Assembly: GCA_973895155.1 (NCBI GenBank)
Contig: OZ316891.1
Location: forward strand, 26,777,972 to 26,841,971
Source of the DNA: Marsupella aquatica
Lineage: Eukaryota; Plantae; Marchantiophyta
DNA: 64,000 nucleotides
Direction: 5' to 3'
Positions 12,930 to 26,620 of this stretch are shown piece after piece. A program made the translations under genes and the position numbers. The notes beneath the pieces were generated by a model. That model ran no database searches and was not told where the DNA came from. It saw only the letters and a program-made list of their open reading frames with translations. Position 1 is the stretch's first letter, and every line of letters begins with the position of its first letter.

Positions 12930-13080
12930 AGCTCTCTTGTAATTGCCGAACCATATTAGTTATATTCAAAAATTTAATAAAAGCAAATTATGAATACTCC
13001 TAAAACATTTCAGCTCTTTTGTAATTGCCCAACTATATTAGTTATATTCAAAATTTTAATAAAATGAAACTATGAATACT
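12930..13080. repeat. Tandem duplication, ~83 bp x2, after an AT-rich tract
   Basis: ttgtaattgcc..aac.atattagttatattcaaaa.ttaataaaa...tatgaatact occurs twice. Confidence 0.85.
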
Positions 13081-13175
13081 ATTCTTGGAAAAGAACACAT
13101 TGTCCACAAAGGGAGGTCAGGAAAATTGGGCTATCTCCACAACTCTTTCTAAACCAAATATGAACTCTACACGAC

Positions 13176-13420
13176 CAGCTCGCTTTGGTCAGGTGGCCAG
13201 GGGATGAGTCTAGAACCAAGAGGTTCCAGGTTCAATCCCCCCACATGCAGAGGAGGGTGTGGAAGGTATGTGTGTGCCGTGAATGGGGCGTAGTGATCCT
13301 CAACCCCCGGCTCACCCCCGGCTGGCCGGCTTTGATGGCCTGGTTCAACCCTCTCTCCCTCCTGGTCTCAAGTCCCTATTGGATCCCTGGGTATTGTCCC
13401 CCCTTGTGGATTACCTAGTG
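13176..13420 (+). mobile_element. tRNA-derived SINE-like element
   Basis: A-box-like tggtcaggtgg (13186-13196) and B-box ggttcaatccc (13229-13239) are 32 nt apart, followed by a GC-rich body. No proper acceptor stem; TSD and tail not found. Confidence 0.55.
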
Positions 13421-13532
13421 TGGTGCATACTCCAAAGTAGAACATATATCCCATTTTGGTCGGGTCTACTAAGGCAAAAAACAATAAACATTGGATGGGT
13501 CTACTTTTGACTTCCAAGGTAAAAAATACAAA

Positions 13533-13678
13533 GGCTACTCCTCCCCACTCATCTGCTACTCAATTTGTGCTGGCTCTTCCTCCCCACTCATCTGCTACAC
13601 ATTTTGTGCAGGCTCTTCCTCCCCACTCATCTGCCATTCATTTTGTGCTGGCTCTTCCTCCCCACTCATTTTGTGCTA
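13533..13678. repeat. 39-bp tandem repeat, ~3.7 copies
   Basis: Unit ggctcttcctccccactcatctgctacacattttgtgc(a/t). Confidence 0.95.
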
Positions 13679-15169
13679 GCTGTTCCTCCCTGCCTCAGTC
13701 AGCTTGCTCAGATTTTGTCAGCTCACGCTTGTACAACTTTCAAAGTAATAATCATTCCCTGTCGGTGATGGTAAGTTATGAAGAGTATGATTATACAGGC
13801 TGCTGGAGCTGCCTGAGCACTACAACAATACCTGCAAAATGGTAGGCAGGCAGACCACTTTGAGGAGTCGAGCTGAGAAGCATATATTTCTCCTCCAGCG
13901 GAAAGTAACTTAGCAGTAACAGATGACCATCTAGAAAGTGTCCTGGTGATGCAATGGGATACCTTGTCACAAAATAATGAGTCTGGATTAGTAGAAAATA
14001 GTTTGGGCTTTGGGGAAAGTGGAAACATTCAAGACGAGCAAGGTTTGCAATCCAATCACGAGAAAAGAAGGGTAGTAAGCCGCACACGTGACGATGACCT
14101 GACTTGATATAAGAGGCCTACCATAGTGCTAGCTCTGCCCCTTTCCCAGAGAATCTGAACAGGGATAGACTGGGAAATCTAGATGAACAAAGTCTACGAA
14201 ATACACCGTCACTAGTAATAGATTATTCCTTCGCGATCTCGTAAAGTGTCACTCAGAGTACCACACGTACCACCAGTTATTCGGGATCTCGGTATGACAT
14301 ACTCATCGACTGTTCGCAGTTTGGCACCCGTTGTGCACGTGGAACACGTGAAGGACAGCGCAAGATATATGTTAGTAATAAACTCAGGAAGAATATTAGA
14401 AAGTTCATTAACAAAATCAACAAATTTCGCTCGTGAATTTCAATCTGTCACATGTTGGTCAGTGGAGCATGCCTGCACTAGATCACAAAATCTAAGGACA
14501 ACTGAAGCCCCCGCTGAAGCCTTGTATCTCGAGCAGCTTCAGTCTAGAGTTACTCACTTGCGTGCAGACTACGGTAATGCAAAACTTCGGGCTACGGATC
14601 GAGAGCATGAAGTCAGTGGTTGGCGCCCAGAGTTTAAACATGGACAACACTGTCACACCCATCTTCCATACTCGCTTCCATACCCCTACGTACAGAACGT
14701 TGAGCAAAGACTGATGGATGGACACTCAAAAGTGAGACCTTTCCAAATTGACCTCTGACGATGGAGTGCATCGATATGATCTATGTACCTCGTCCAGAAC
14801 TCTGTATTGAACATTCAGTATAGAAAAAAAGGCTGTTCTAATTCAGAAAGGAATAATTTAAGTTGTACTAGTTGTACAGTGTGATCGAGTAAGTCCTGAA
14901 CAGACCAAGTGATCGTGTGCTTGGAGATATACTCAATTGGTTGTTTATTTACTCTCGTACCAACGCGTACTGCAAGTATATGTAGGACCGGGACCATTAT
15001 GCAGGACTTCAGGCTTCGCAATTCTGCAGGCCTCTATAATTATCCCGGTCCAGTCCCAGTGAGTTTCTTTTTTTAAAGGTATGCTACATGTATATGACTA
15101 ATGGCAATGAGAAGCTAGGAATTGGGGTCTAGGTTTCTAGACTGAATCCTCTACTAGATGACTCTCGGG

Positions 15170-15278
15170 CCCCACCAAAATTAATGTGAATGGAAAGAAA
15201 GATGAGACCAAAATTAATGTGAACGGAAAGAAGGATGAGACCCCACCAAAATTAATGTGAATGGAAAGAAGGATGAGA
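15170..15278. repeat. Tandem repeat, ~33-38 bp x3
   Basis: accaaaattaatgtgaa(t/c)ggaaagaa(a/g)gatgaga occurs three times. Confidence 0.9.
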
Positions 15279-18200
15279 TATTAAGTATGTCAAATGATGA
15301 CATGATAGTTTTGTCATCATTTCTATTCACATTCAAAGAGCTATCATGCATTCAGGCTGTCCAAGTAATAAAGGGCAATCAAAAGTGCTACGCCATGACC
15401 CTAGACTCTAGATATGAATCTGATTGAGGGTATAATTGAAAGCGAGAATGCAGACAAGAAAGCAAGGATAGAAGAAGATGACTGCAAAATAGTATCGAAT
15501 CCTTTTCCACCCACTAGGGTTTTAGTTCTTAGCTTCTTTGTTGACGTTTTGTTGTTGGGACTCCTTGGCCTGATGGGACTCTTGGGTTTTGTCCTTTTCA
15601 CTCCCTTTATTGGGTCGTTTTACCTCTTTGTGGGTTCTTTTGACTATGATATACATGGTAATCAGGCTAGTATTGTATAGTTACAGTTGTACTGGACATG
15701 ACGTCAGCTGCTTGGATATCAGTCGAGTCCTGCAGTCGTCAGTAAAACGAATGATAAGTAAGCTGATAATGATATGCATGGAGGGCCTCCAGTACAGTAG
15801 TAAAGCGTCACCTTCATCGTACAATAGCCCTCATCATTACATCATTAGTCTAGATTGAGATTCATAATCACGGTTTTCAACTCAGAAGACGACCAATCTT
15901 CCGTCTGAGGCGACTGTGACAGCACTCTGGAGAAGCAGACCAGTGTGGTAGTCGCGTCTTTCCGTTAGCTAGAGTCGCGCCGTGTGGGCAGGTGGACGAG
16001 GACGACAGTGTGACATTGCTTTGCAGAAAGCATATCACAGCAGCATCTTGTGAGGCGGTCTGATCTGGATGTAGACTAGATCATTCAGTACACTATCACG
16101 GGTAGTATTGTGCATCGTGTTGGTCGGGTTTGATATTCGACCAGATGAATCATTACTGTGGGATCGATGATACCAGTTCGTTTAGCTCACAAGTCGTACC
16201 CAGGGTCAGTACAGCTGAGCTGGGGATTAATTCGAGAGTGTTGCATGCATACGGTGGAATCATTGTTTATATTTAAACTAGATCATCAATGTGTCTCGAC
16301 TTTAATTTCTTACAGATCACCGGTACCACACCTTGTTTCTCCATCCCTCCGTGGGTGTGCCAAATAGTACAAGTCCGGACGATCCATCTCTGGCTTCGTA
16401 AGGATCTATCTATCTAGCTATATTGGTCGATTCTCAACCAGCCTTAAGTTGAAGAGATGGACGATCCAAGTATCAATCCCTCTGGATTTATTCATAAACT
16501 ATACACGGAGCCACCGGTAGGCAGTACTCATCTCCTATATGCTGCAGAGTCGTACCGAATTCAAGGCATGTTTTGTTAGATCTTTGGAGTGATCAGTGAG
16601 CTCTTCAGCGAACCTAAACATGATAGGTCTTATGTCCTACGTCAAGCATTCAAATTAGATAAATACATAATTGGCCGATCCAGGCATTTTGAGTTATATC
16701 AGTGCATCGATCAATCTGGGCAAAATTTCTGTCAGATCATGTCTTCATTAGCTTTTTCTGTCAGATTTCAGCATTTATCAATGACCACAGAGGCTATCAA
16801 TGGCCACAGAGGCTAATGTAACGTCTTCAGTACTACTCCATATTGGAGTGCAGTTATTGGAGGCTTCGCTACCTGTCTAACTCGATCAAACTGCGTAGAA
16901 ATGTCGATACACCTAAGTGCGCTTCCTGAAACCCAAGGCTGAGATTTGCCACTTCGAACAACTTTAATTCGCGCGGCTTACTAACAGACACTGAGAAGCA
17001 ATTTGCTCAGAAACTCTCTCACCTCCACATACATCAGCAAGGGGGAGAATTTTATCTCATGAACACAGAGTTTCCTGTGAGACTGTTGGGATCTGGCAAT
17101 CTCTCACTCACTGCAGCCCCCGCTTCCCCACCAGAATATATGGTATATGGAGAGAAAGATTGTCTATTGGTATAGAAAGCTTTCTGCCCTGAGAGAACCC
17201 GGATTGATGTCTTTGGAGCTCTGGGGCATCTTTAAAAGGTACAAACCTCACATAAATCGCCTAGAACTTTTGAGGATTCTCACAAATGCTGAGAATACTA
17301 TCAGGAGGCCTCAAAACCTCACAATTGCTGCCTTTTGTGTTGGTTATAATGTTTAACCTTAACTTTTCTCAAAAGCTTGGGTGAATTATTATTACTTTAA
17401 TTTCTTACCTAATTATTTTGTGTAGCCTGCTTATTGCCACGGCTTAAGGTCACTATTTATGACTAAGATTCCAATGAACTCCTTTTGTGTTGTGTCTGAA
17501 CGAGAGAATTAAATAATATGAAATATGGATTTTGAGACGCGTTATTGTATTGCCGTCTTGGCATAGTTATTTAAGTGTGAGAAAAGGTTAGTCAAGTCTC
17601 ATAAATTCTTGGGACTATCCGCCGTTCCACCCAGACCTGCTGTTACTTGTCACAAATGCTCCAAAATAGTGCAGAACACACATTCTAGTACTTGCATCGG
17701 CATGTGTGATAAAGGTTAGTAGTCGCTCATAAATACTTCTCGACTGTGGACTCTACAGTACAAATAATGTCGCAAGGCCGTAAGGTTCTTTTGCTGGGAT
17801 TTCCAGCCACCCACCACTGGAACAGCGTCGATCCCATAAAACGTACTCCGTGACAGATAAAATACTGATATCTCTTTCAAAGAATTCAAAGGTACTCGCT
17901 GGCACGACGTGTATCTTTCATTTGAAGAAACACAATTTCATCTCAGGTCGAGACGAGGCCATAAGTTGCTGGACGACCAAGCGAAACAACTCAGAATGTT
18001 AAAGCTCAGGTCGTTGACTGGCTAGCATTCAACGTTCTGCTACACGGACTCCTCTCAGAGCTTAGCTTAGAGTACCAGAATACCCGGGTGATCAGCTCGC
18101 AAAGCAATGATGGCAAAACCCAAGACATGCATGAATGACCACGCCAATCAATCCATCACAAAATAGAAGGCATCTTGGAGACATGATTGGACATGATTAT

Positions 18201-18920
18201 TTATTTGTGTGGAAAGGTCTCCAGGGCGTGTCTGCGATTGAAGTCGCTGTTAATTCCAAGCTAGCAAAATAGAACGAACAGTCTTCCATTTGTTGAATTA
18301 AGTAATAAGTACAAACAATTTATGTATGACAATTGTTCCACTGACCGTACACGAGCCTAGGTTGGTCCTTTCAGGCAGCCAGCGAGCGAGCTGCTGCTGG
18401 TCGTGACTTAATTGCTTCCTTGCTAACCAGCCGTTCTTCTTGTTCTCGTCGTATAATTCAGGGGACATACGTCCATGCCCCCCCGATTATTCACAAGAGT
18501 GCTGCAATGGCATAAATCAGAGCTGTCTACTTACCGTTCGAGAGAATATTATACTGGATTGATAAGGAACACTGCGAATAGACTATGGGTATGAAGAGAT
18601 ATGTCTAGTGTCAAACTGGCAGGAAATATGGCCGTTTAGCTGTCCACACACTCAGACTGATTGTTGGAGAGGTAAACTTCCATATTAATTGCCTGACTTT
18701 AAGAGTGCGAGACAAATGAACGATTTGAGTGCATCATGCTGAGAGAATATATATCATACAGTATGAGAGCGAAAGAGTGACTCTGTGCGGGGTGAGGCCC
18801 TCGACAATCACTACATGAGGCATATTCTACCACGACGATGATATGGTTTGGTAGCTCGAAACGATATGTATTTTGGCAGCTGGAAAGGTGGTGAAATCGA
18901 TGGTTAGTCAGAGTTAACGA

Positions 18921-20510
18921 TCAAAGCGAGCTGCAAGTGACGGGATTGAAGCCAATGCGAGTATTTGCTTGATCATAGAGAATCTGGAAGTTCTGCTGTT
19001 GGGTGTTGCCGAAAATGTTGAGCGTGGAGGGACTTCTCGAGAAAGCCAAGCACATGGTCCCGACTGTGTCCACCAGGACGAAGATGTTGGGCGCCGGGAG
19101 GTTGAAGTCGGCATTGGTGAAGTGGAAAGTGAGTTCCGGCACCGCCACATTTGGGACGCCTGCAATGTTGAAGCAAAGGTCAAGACCCAGCTGAGGAGCC
19201 CCCGAAACCTGAGGATATGGAACGGCCGCCTGAAACGCAGCTACCAGGACGTCGTAAGCCGATGAAGCTAGCTGCGTGAATGTGGTGCCAGAATCAAAGA
19301 TGGTCCCCCCATTCCCCGCTGAATCCTTTGCAAATGCGCTTGCTGGTATGTTGAGAAATGTCCTGGCAAGGCTGACGCCCTGCAAGCCCACGTAATACAA
19401 GGAGTTGACGCCCGGGCTGCTGGGGAGAATGGGGGTGAACTGCATTCCGCTGGCAAAAGTCGGAAGTGCAGCATCTCCGAAGAGCAATGGGCTGGTCTGG
19501 GAGAGAGCCTGTTCACGGGCCACCAAGCAATACGAAAACTTGTTGCCGAAAAGTGCACCCAGTTGAGAGGAGAATGAGACGGGGCCCTGCCCCAATCCAA
19601 CCAGCCCATCGGTGGACCTGAAAGTTCCCTGATTGTTGTGCCCGCACCCGAAAGCGAAATTGGGAATTGCTTGAGACGACCCGCTGGTAGTGCTGAGAGT
19701 GACGGTCTCTGTTGAGAAGTCTCCACTTGTGCTCGACTGATCACTGTAGGCGAAAGTGTATTGACAGTTCGGACTGCAGAAATCAAGATTTCCACCCAGA
19801 TCATTGCACACCGAATCCGAGCACGTGAGAGAATGGTAAGAGGAGGACTGGGAAGGGTTGAACACTGGATCCACTTGCTGAAAGCACTGCCCGCATGGCG
19901 CGCATTGCACCCACACGAGATCACTCCCGGTGTCCACCACCACGTTGAATTTCTGTGGAGGTGTGCCTAGCGACAAGGTCATGACGTACTCAGCTATTGT
20001 GGCCGAGAGAGGAGATTCGAAAGTAGCTGCACTAACGCTCCCAGTAGTACCGAAAGCTGCAGCGACTTTGAAATGATCTCTGTTTACCATCTGGCTGGAA
20101 ATGAGACCTGCAGCGCGGACTTTGCTTCGCATTACATCTCGGCGAATTCTTTCGGCGAGAGTCAGGTTCATATGGTCACGTAGTGGAGACAAGTAATGAT
20201 CTCTGTGCATCAACTCCATCTTGATTCCGTTGCCTGAGCTCCTATTTTGGGATTTTGGGAGCTCGACGGGCCTGGTCTCATCACCATCTAGAAGCGCTCT
20301 CCTAGATTTCGCTGTTTGTGGTTGTGAATGGCTCAGTAATGTTGCTGCTGCTCCTCCGTTGATGGAAATACCGTCGACACCGAGCCTTGATTTCAGAGGA
20401 AGCTCTCGTTGGAATGGGTTGACATTTGTGCTCAGGAGACTACTGCAAACAATTAATAATAAGGTGGCTCCCGAGAGGTACCACTTGAACCAGGGATTGC
20501 AGCTTGCCAT
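18921..20510 (-). CDS. Secreted A1 aspartic protease, nepenthesin-like, intronless
   Basis: 529 aa. Hydrophobic N-terminus, prosegment ELMHRD, EYVMTLSLGTPPQ, catalytic VDTGSD and IFDSGTT, Cys-rich insert (QCAPCGQCF...CSDSVC), FGCG, GLVGLG, FSYCL, IFGNTQQQNFQILYD. Confidence 0.97.
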   Translation of the reverse strand: MASCNPWFKWYLSGATLLLIVCSSLLSTNVNPFQRELPLKSRLGVDGISINGGAAATLLSHSQPQTAKSRRALLDGDETRPVELPKSQNRSSGNGIKMELMHRDHYLSPLRDHMNLTLAERIRRDVMRSKVRAAGLISSQMVNRDHFKVAAAFGTTGSVSAATFESPLSATIAEYVMTLSLGTPPQKFNVVVDTGSDLVWVQCAPCGQCFQQVDPVFNPSQSSSYHSLTCSDSVCNDLGGNLDFCSPNCQYTFAYSDQSSTSGDFSTETVTLSTTSGSSQAIPNFAFGCGHNNQGTFRSTDGLVGLGQGPVSFSSQLGALFGNKFSYCLVAREQALSQTSPLLFGDAALPTFASGMQFTPILPSSPGVNSLYYVGLQGVSLARTFLNIPASAFAKDSAGNGGTIFDSGTTFTQLASSAYDVLVAAFQAAVPYPQVSGAPQLGLDLCFNIAGVPNVAVPELTFHFTNADFNLPAPNIFVLVDTVGTMCLAFSRSPSTLNIFGNTQQQNFQILYDQANTRIGFNPVTCSSL

Positions 20511-23500
20511 ATTCGATGTTCCTTAGTCGTCTTGATACGCATGTACTCAAGACGACTAATGATCAGCAATAATCAGCTACAGAATCAACGACCAACTATC
20601 GGTTGCTACTATGGACGAAGGGGACAATCCCAGCCTCGTTCCGCACCCTATGCCCGAGAGCTTGCCCTCCTCTTCTTCGTACGACATTGTAATAATCAAA
20701 CCTGGAGATATCTCTACCTCACGATGGCTATTTAGCACTCCAAAACACATCTAGCCAATGGTCGAAAGCGAGATGGTCGACTAGCATTGTGAAGGCTATC
20801 CGAGCGTCGATGCAAACAGACGAAGCGGGCGATCGAGAGAGAGTTGCGGAAAAATGCTTTTCTACGGAGCGGGGCTTGCATTCACCATATCGCCTACGAC
20901 ACATTTTTCTCATCGACAGGAGCAGGTACAGGAGCGACACGAACATCTCGGACTCCGGGGCTCATTGTGGATAGCATTACTCAAAGCTCTAGACTCTAGA
21001 GCCCATTCAGCAGTACTTAGCGAGCCCATACAACTCCAACCTCGGCAGTTGGGACCTCCAAAAGCTATGATTACTGGACGTCAATGATATCCTGATGAAA
21101 CGAGCTCTGCTCGTGCACATTGAAATCATTCGAATGTGCACGAGACCGTGTTTGCCCTCTCTTAGCAGAGAAACGAACTAGAGGAGGTTAGCGCAACCGA
21201 AGACAAATTTGGAAAAGAGAGGACGGGCAGCTCATCAACTAGAATGATGACGACGGATGCGATACGGTATGTATGCTACGCGTAATGACGAGCTGGACAC
21301 ACACAGCAGACAATGCTGCTTTGCAGGAGACCACGAACTACCTTATATGCCCGTCTACTGCTCCATGCATAACCACCCACGAGTTTACACAGCCACTGTA
21401 TGTCCGTAGCTACAGTGGGTAAATAAATTTGTTGGCTCTCTGGGCTCCGAGTTCCGACACTCAGAACTGGTGGGCCTGGTAAGGATTGACCATAGACTTC
21501 TTGGACAGTACAACTACAGCCAATCAGAGCATTGTGATGAGCGTCCTCGAGCCCAAGTATTACTGTACATCCGTCTCCGTAACTTTTTAACTTACAACTG
21601 AAGCATCATCAAATGAATTGGTTAATAGAGCTTCTTCACTAAACTAGAGCTCTGGAAGTTAATCAGCATTTTTAGGCCCAGTCTTCAATTCTGGAAATAA
21701 TATTCAAGAATCGCTCCAAACTATGGCCTCTCACACTCTAGGGAGTAAAACAATTCCAAATTGAACTTGCCGTATACGGTAACTCAATCAGCTGACTATA
21801 AGCTAGAGAAGGAGAGATGAGGAATTCTAAATTCTGGCTTCGATCTGGAACATAATCAGGACGTTTCCAACCTTTCAACATCTTCAACTTCGGTCGCAGC
21901 AAAGGGAGGAGTCTACTCTAGACTGTGTGCGGCAATTGTAGCTACGATACCGGTCCTGGTACCAACGAGCGAAAGTGCATCCATAAACTTCGTTACTTAT
22001 GGTTATGAAGCAACCGCTGATGCAGTTCACGGAACCTGGGCTCGTCAGAACAGTACTGATACAATTGTGCCAAAGAGCATCGTGCAGTCAAGCGATTGGG
22101 ACACACTGAGAGAGGTGGGCATGGATGTCAGGATAGTTGGCGGCGTTATGGTTTTTTAAGTAACCACGTACTTCAGAGGAGGAGTCTATCTCTAGCCCTG
22201 GAGAACAAGGGAAACAGACAATTTTGTACTGTCAGCTCAGATCAATTCAATCCTAGTCAGATCAGTCCATTTGCTCCAGCTTGATTTCCCTCCCTATCGC
22301 CTCCTCCCCTCCCCTCCCCTCCCCTCCCCCTCAGATCAGTGAGGATCAATACTTCCTATTCAAATCAAGTTCACCTGTCTTTCCTGAACTGTGACGTGCA
22401 CTCTGTTTTTCTGTCTAGAAAATTCTGCTTTCGACAACGAAATAGTACATAATTGAGGAAAGACGACAAAGGGACGTGCAAGTTCTGGATCGGATGATGA
22501 GAATGTAAGCGCAGCAACAGTCCGGCTAGGCTCTGAAGGGAAGAACTCCTGTGCTTTTCCAGAGAGAAGAATGATCATCACGCACCACCCTGAGCACTGT
22601 TGTTCCTCTTTCCAAGACTATGGCCCGTACTCCCAATGATTTTCCAGAACCATCAAGCCTTCTTTCCAGCACTCCACGTCTTTGAGTCAACTTTACAAGC
22701 TGCTCAATTTGTTTTTTGCCTCGAAGATTTCAAAGAAATCCATATTTTAACAAGCTGCGAATGCCTGTCCTCAAAACTGATAGGAATTTCTCAACACCTT
22801 CAGTAAATAATGTAGTATGGTCCATGGCCCATAGCCCATTTTACAATTTGGAACAAGCTGAAAGTTGCGATAGAGCAGATGGTTTAAAGCTCCAAAAGCA
22901 AGAAGACCGAATCGATCGGAAGGTCCCAAGTGCACACAGTAGAGCAAGCCGACTCTGCCAACAATCACACATTCACAGCGTAAGAATTTGAGCAGGGTCA
23001 CGACGTGACACCTTCAGTAGCTATTAAATACTGAGATTGACAGGCGTTAAATACACTGCGGAAAAGAACTGTCCAGCAAGGCGTTATAAATTTTCCAGCA
23101 TTAACTCGGCCTTTTAAGATTGATTGACCACTGGCTTTCCACACATTACATTTGTCTGATTTTTATGTGACGTTTGAGCCACGTACGCCATACCCATTTT
23201 ATGATTTTTTGGAGTAATGCAGAGGCTGAGGACTTGAGGTGGAGGGGGGTGACGTTGCTGCTAATAAGAGCGTGAGATCTGAGCAGATTGAATTGTCCGA
23301 GGAGCTCTGGTTTCATTCATTGCTGGTTTGGGAGCCCTAAATTTCTCAGACTTAATATTTGCACCTGGAAGCAACTAAACAAGGTGTGAGTGCTTAGCAA
23401 GAGGTATGGGGCACAATCATTGTCTTCTGTTCATTCCTCTAAGATTAATGGCACATTGTCTTATTTTCAGTCCTCTAGGATTAAATGGCAAATTGTCTTC

Positions 23501-24239
23501 ATCTCATTCGCACTAAGATTACGTGTAAACAATGTGATGAGTGGAACCTAGTGCACTTGGCTTTACAAGAACTTGGGGGCCATTCAGGTCCATATCAAAT
23601 CAGTCATATGTTGATTGGAATGCTCATTTTGTCTAGGAATTTAGACCATCTCTAGCAGTGGTCAAAACATTTACAAATCTTTATTCAAGGGATTTGCAAT
23701 TATTGCAATTAATTCTAGAAGAACTTTGGTATGGAGTTTATGTTTAGAATAGCAAGTGGCATTCACTTCTAGGAGTCATGTGTTTAGCATTTAATGCCTT
23801 TTTAGCTCAGTGAATATTGATCAGAAACTGGTACAGTGGGTTCCATCTGTTGGAATGAAACAAATTCTAAGTGCCACTAGCTGCATGTGAACTCAGTCTT
23901 TGGGGGAGGATGTATTTTATCGCTCCTATGGAATGAAAAAAATACTAGTGTCACTAGAGACATCTGAACCCGGCCCTTTGGGGTGGGGAGGATGGTAAAA
24001 GCGCTAACACTCAGGCAACCAAGGTTCTGGGCAAGCAGGCTGTGGGCTGGTGGTAGTGCGTGAGAGTGGGGCAGCAAACCTGCAGCGAACGGCTACCAGC
24101 AGCCACCGCTTGCACAGTGGACAGCATTGAATGCCCTTCCCATGACTTATACAAGAAATAAAGTGGCCTTCCAATTTGCTTTGGTACAAAAAGCTCACAA
24201 ATGCTCCCAACTTCTTCTAAAGCAACCCTGATGCTTACA

Positions 24240-25840
24240 AGGATTAAGGGAGCTTTACAAGAACTGGGGGGGGGCACACATACACACTTTTGACCCATAG
24301 CAAAGGTGAGGTTTATTGCACACAATGAAGTTAAAACCCTGAACCAAAATGTATCTGGGGAAAATAAATGCAAGATCCTCAATAGAAACAAACTCAAGAT
24401 GTGATCTAAGCTTCTGATTAAAAAGAATCCACACATCAGCAAAAAAGTAGGCCCACCAGTAGGTAGCTATTTGGGTAATGGTTTTGTGAGATTGAGCCCC
24501 CAAATTCATGTAAAGTGAAGTCTGGGTCTGTTCCTACATCTGAATGGCTAGTTTTGCATCTTGGAAATAGAAAGGAAAGGGACCTGCCTCCTAGTTCTCG
24601 TAAAGCACCCCAAAATATATATACAGAAAATGGATGCTGCCATAAGAGCCCGCATAAGAGACTGGACATTAGCACCCAGTGTTTTTGCTGCAAAAACTGA
24701 GGACATATCTGGTAAGTTGACACTGGTGAAACCTTTTGTTCTGCTTTGAAAAATCACCTTCACTATCACAAAGATGTCAAGGGGGCTTTACAAGACAGGT
24801 GGGGGCCGTTCACTGTAGTGCCTCCAAGCGCAAGGGTAATTGTAACGTGCGAGCAAACAGTAAAAATTTTCCTCGCATGAGCAAAACAAATTCCTGCATG
24901 ACCCCTAATTTAATTTCTACATGCAACTGCCTCCCTATCAACTACCTAGTTGGTAACATCCCTTTTGGGGACTCCCTTTTTGCTAGCGAGCTGGCTAGCA
25001 ATCATATTCTTTAAAAAAACACAAAAAATATAAAAGGCACCAAAAAGCAACTGAAATTTGGAACCATTATTGTCTCCCTATCAAAATCTCCTCGCTATCA
25101 AAATCTCCTCGCTATCAAAATCTCCTGTTTGCTCGCAACATAGAATACCTCCAAACGCAAAGGGGCAGTTGCATGCACTAAAGTTAAAATGTCTAAGTCA
25201 AATTTTGTCGGGTCTGGAAATATTAAATGCATGACCTGAATAGAGGCTAGGTCCCTTCTTAAATTAGATCACCTGAAGAGGAGGTGTACTCTTTTTGACC
25301 AGAAAATATGTACACTTCCACAAACAAAAAAAGGAGCCCACCAGCAAATGTCTAGGATCCCTAAAAGTGTTGCTCTATTGTACCCCAAGTTCATGTAAGT
25401 GAAGTCTGGCCAGTTCACACATTGGAAGGGCTTGGATTGCATCTCACACATAAAAATAAAATAAGGTGGGTTTACAAGACCATGCGGGCCCTTCAGTGCA
25501 ACTCCATCCAATGCAAAGCGTAGGGCCAGTTGGTTTTTAGACCAACCCAGGAGGAGGTTAAATGTTTTCACAGAAAAATGCATACATTGGCAAAAAAGTA
25601 CCAACTGGGGCCCACTGGCAGTTGACTAGAATTGATAATGGGTTTGCCTGATTGTGCCCCCAAGTTTATATAAAGTGAAATATGGCCTGTTCCCACAACT
25701 GAATGGCTAGGATTGTATCTCACACATAGAAAAAACCCTGATGCATGCCATAAGTTCTTGTAAAGCCTGCTCAAAATTCTGGGCCGCATTCTTGTAAAGT
25801 CCCCTTAAAACTCATGCTGCATTCTTGTAAAGCCCCCCTC
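24240..25840. mobile_element. Non-autonomous element with diverged internal repeats and inverted end motifs
   Basis: gggagctttacaagaa at the left end versus ttcttgtaaag x3 at the right end (25756-25832). Module cccaa(a/g)tt.at.taa(a)gtgaa recurs at ~24499, ~25384 and ~25659. Confidence 0.5.
24834..25151. mobile_element. Mutator-like MITE (318 bp), copy 1
   Basis: Imperfect TIRs gggtaattgtaacgtgcgagcaaacag / ctgtttgctcgcaacatagaatacctc. 9-bp TSD caagcgcaa (24825-33) / caaacgcaa (25152-60). Confidence 0.85.
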
Positions 25841-25889
25841 ACCCGACAAAGAGGGGGCCCATTCCTCAACAGGAAAGTCAGAGTTATAC

Positions 25890-26131
25890 CTTGTCACAAG
25901 CATCCCGGTAATTGCACATCAAAAATAGACTGTCACTAGACAACCAAGTCAGAATAGGTCTTTCCTTGTCACAGGCGTCCCCGGTAATTGCACATCAAAA
26001 ACCATATATGTATTTAGATAACACTCACTCTGGGATTTATAGAGAATAATTGGATTTATCATGGTATGGAAAAACATGGTCCACCATATATTGTCACATT
26101 TTTTTGATGTGCAAATACAGGGCTTGTGACA
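25890..26131. repeat. Small MITE-like inverted repeat with a duplicated left arm
   Basis: tgtcaca..cccggtaattgcacatcaaaaa occurs at ~25892 and ~25967; an inverted copy tttttgatgtgcaaatacagggcttgtgaca is at 26101-26131. Confidence 0.6.
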
Positions 26132-26339
26132 GTGGGTGGGTGATTGATTTCACTTGGTCTTTGGTTGTGGTTGCTAACTTGGTTTTACATGGCCTCGTTG
26201 TGAGTTCAATCACATTCAGGACAACTTGACCTGTTCACAGTTTTGGTTGGAGTCGATTGAACAGATCCGGAGCAGCATTACTTTCAATAAACATAATTAG
26301 TATATTTTTATTAAAACTGTACTTAAACAGTGGTAAGTA

Positions 26340-26620
26340 TTCGCCAACCTCCACCTTTGGCAAAATTTGGCTAGTAGAATTCACCACTAAAAATTTGGTT
26401 TAGTAACATCTCGCCCACTTTTGGCAAAATTTGGCTAGTAATTTTCCGTCTTATTAGCCATATCCCACCTAATCACAGGTCCCATTAGTCAGAATCTAAC
26501 AGTAATCCTTAAATCTAGGGAAATGTGATTGGCAGTAAAATAATCAGATAAGGAATATTTTGAGCATCTCCTCTTTAATACACTGGACATTGGCCACTTC
26601 CAAAAAGTAAAAACCTTAAA
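26340..26620 (+). repeat. Dispersed repeat family B, copy 1
   Basis: Colinear with 31330-31565: gtct.attagcca, attag.ca.aatctaa, tcagata.ggaatatt, tggacat..gccact..gtaaaaac. Confidence 0.7.

Noticed and set aside
13176-13250. Functional tRNA gene
   Set aside because: A and B boxes are present, but I could not build an acceptor stem or full cloverleaf.
14246-14758. 170-aa ORF
   Set aside because: Non-ATG start, no recognisable domain and no supporting gene structure.
18969-20526. Overlapping and antisense ORFs within the aspartic protease gene
   Set aside because: Shadow ORFs of a GC-rich coding sequence with no motifs.
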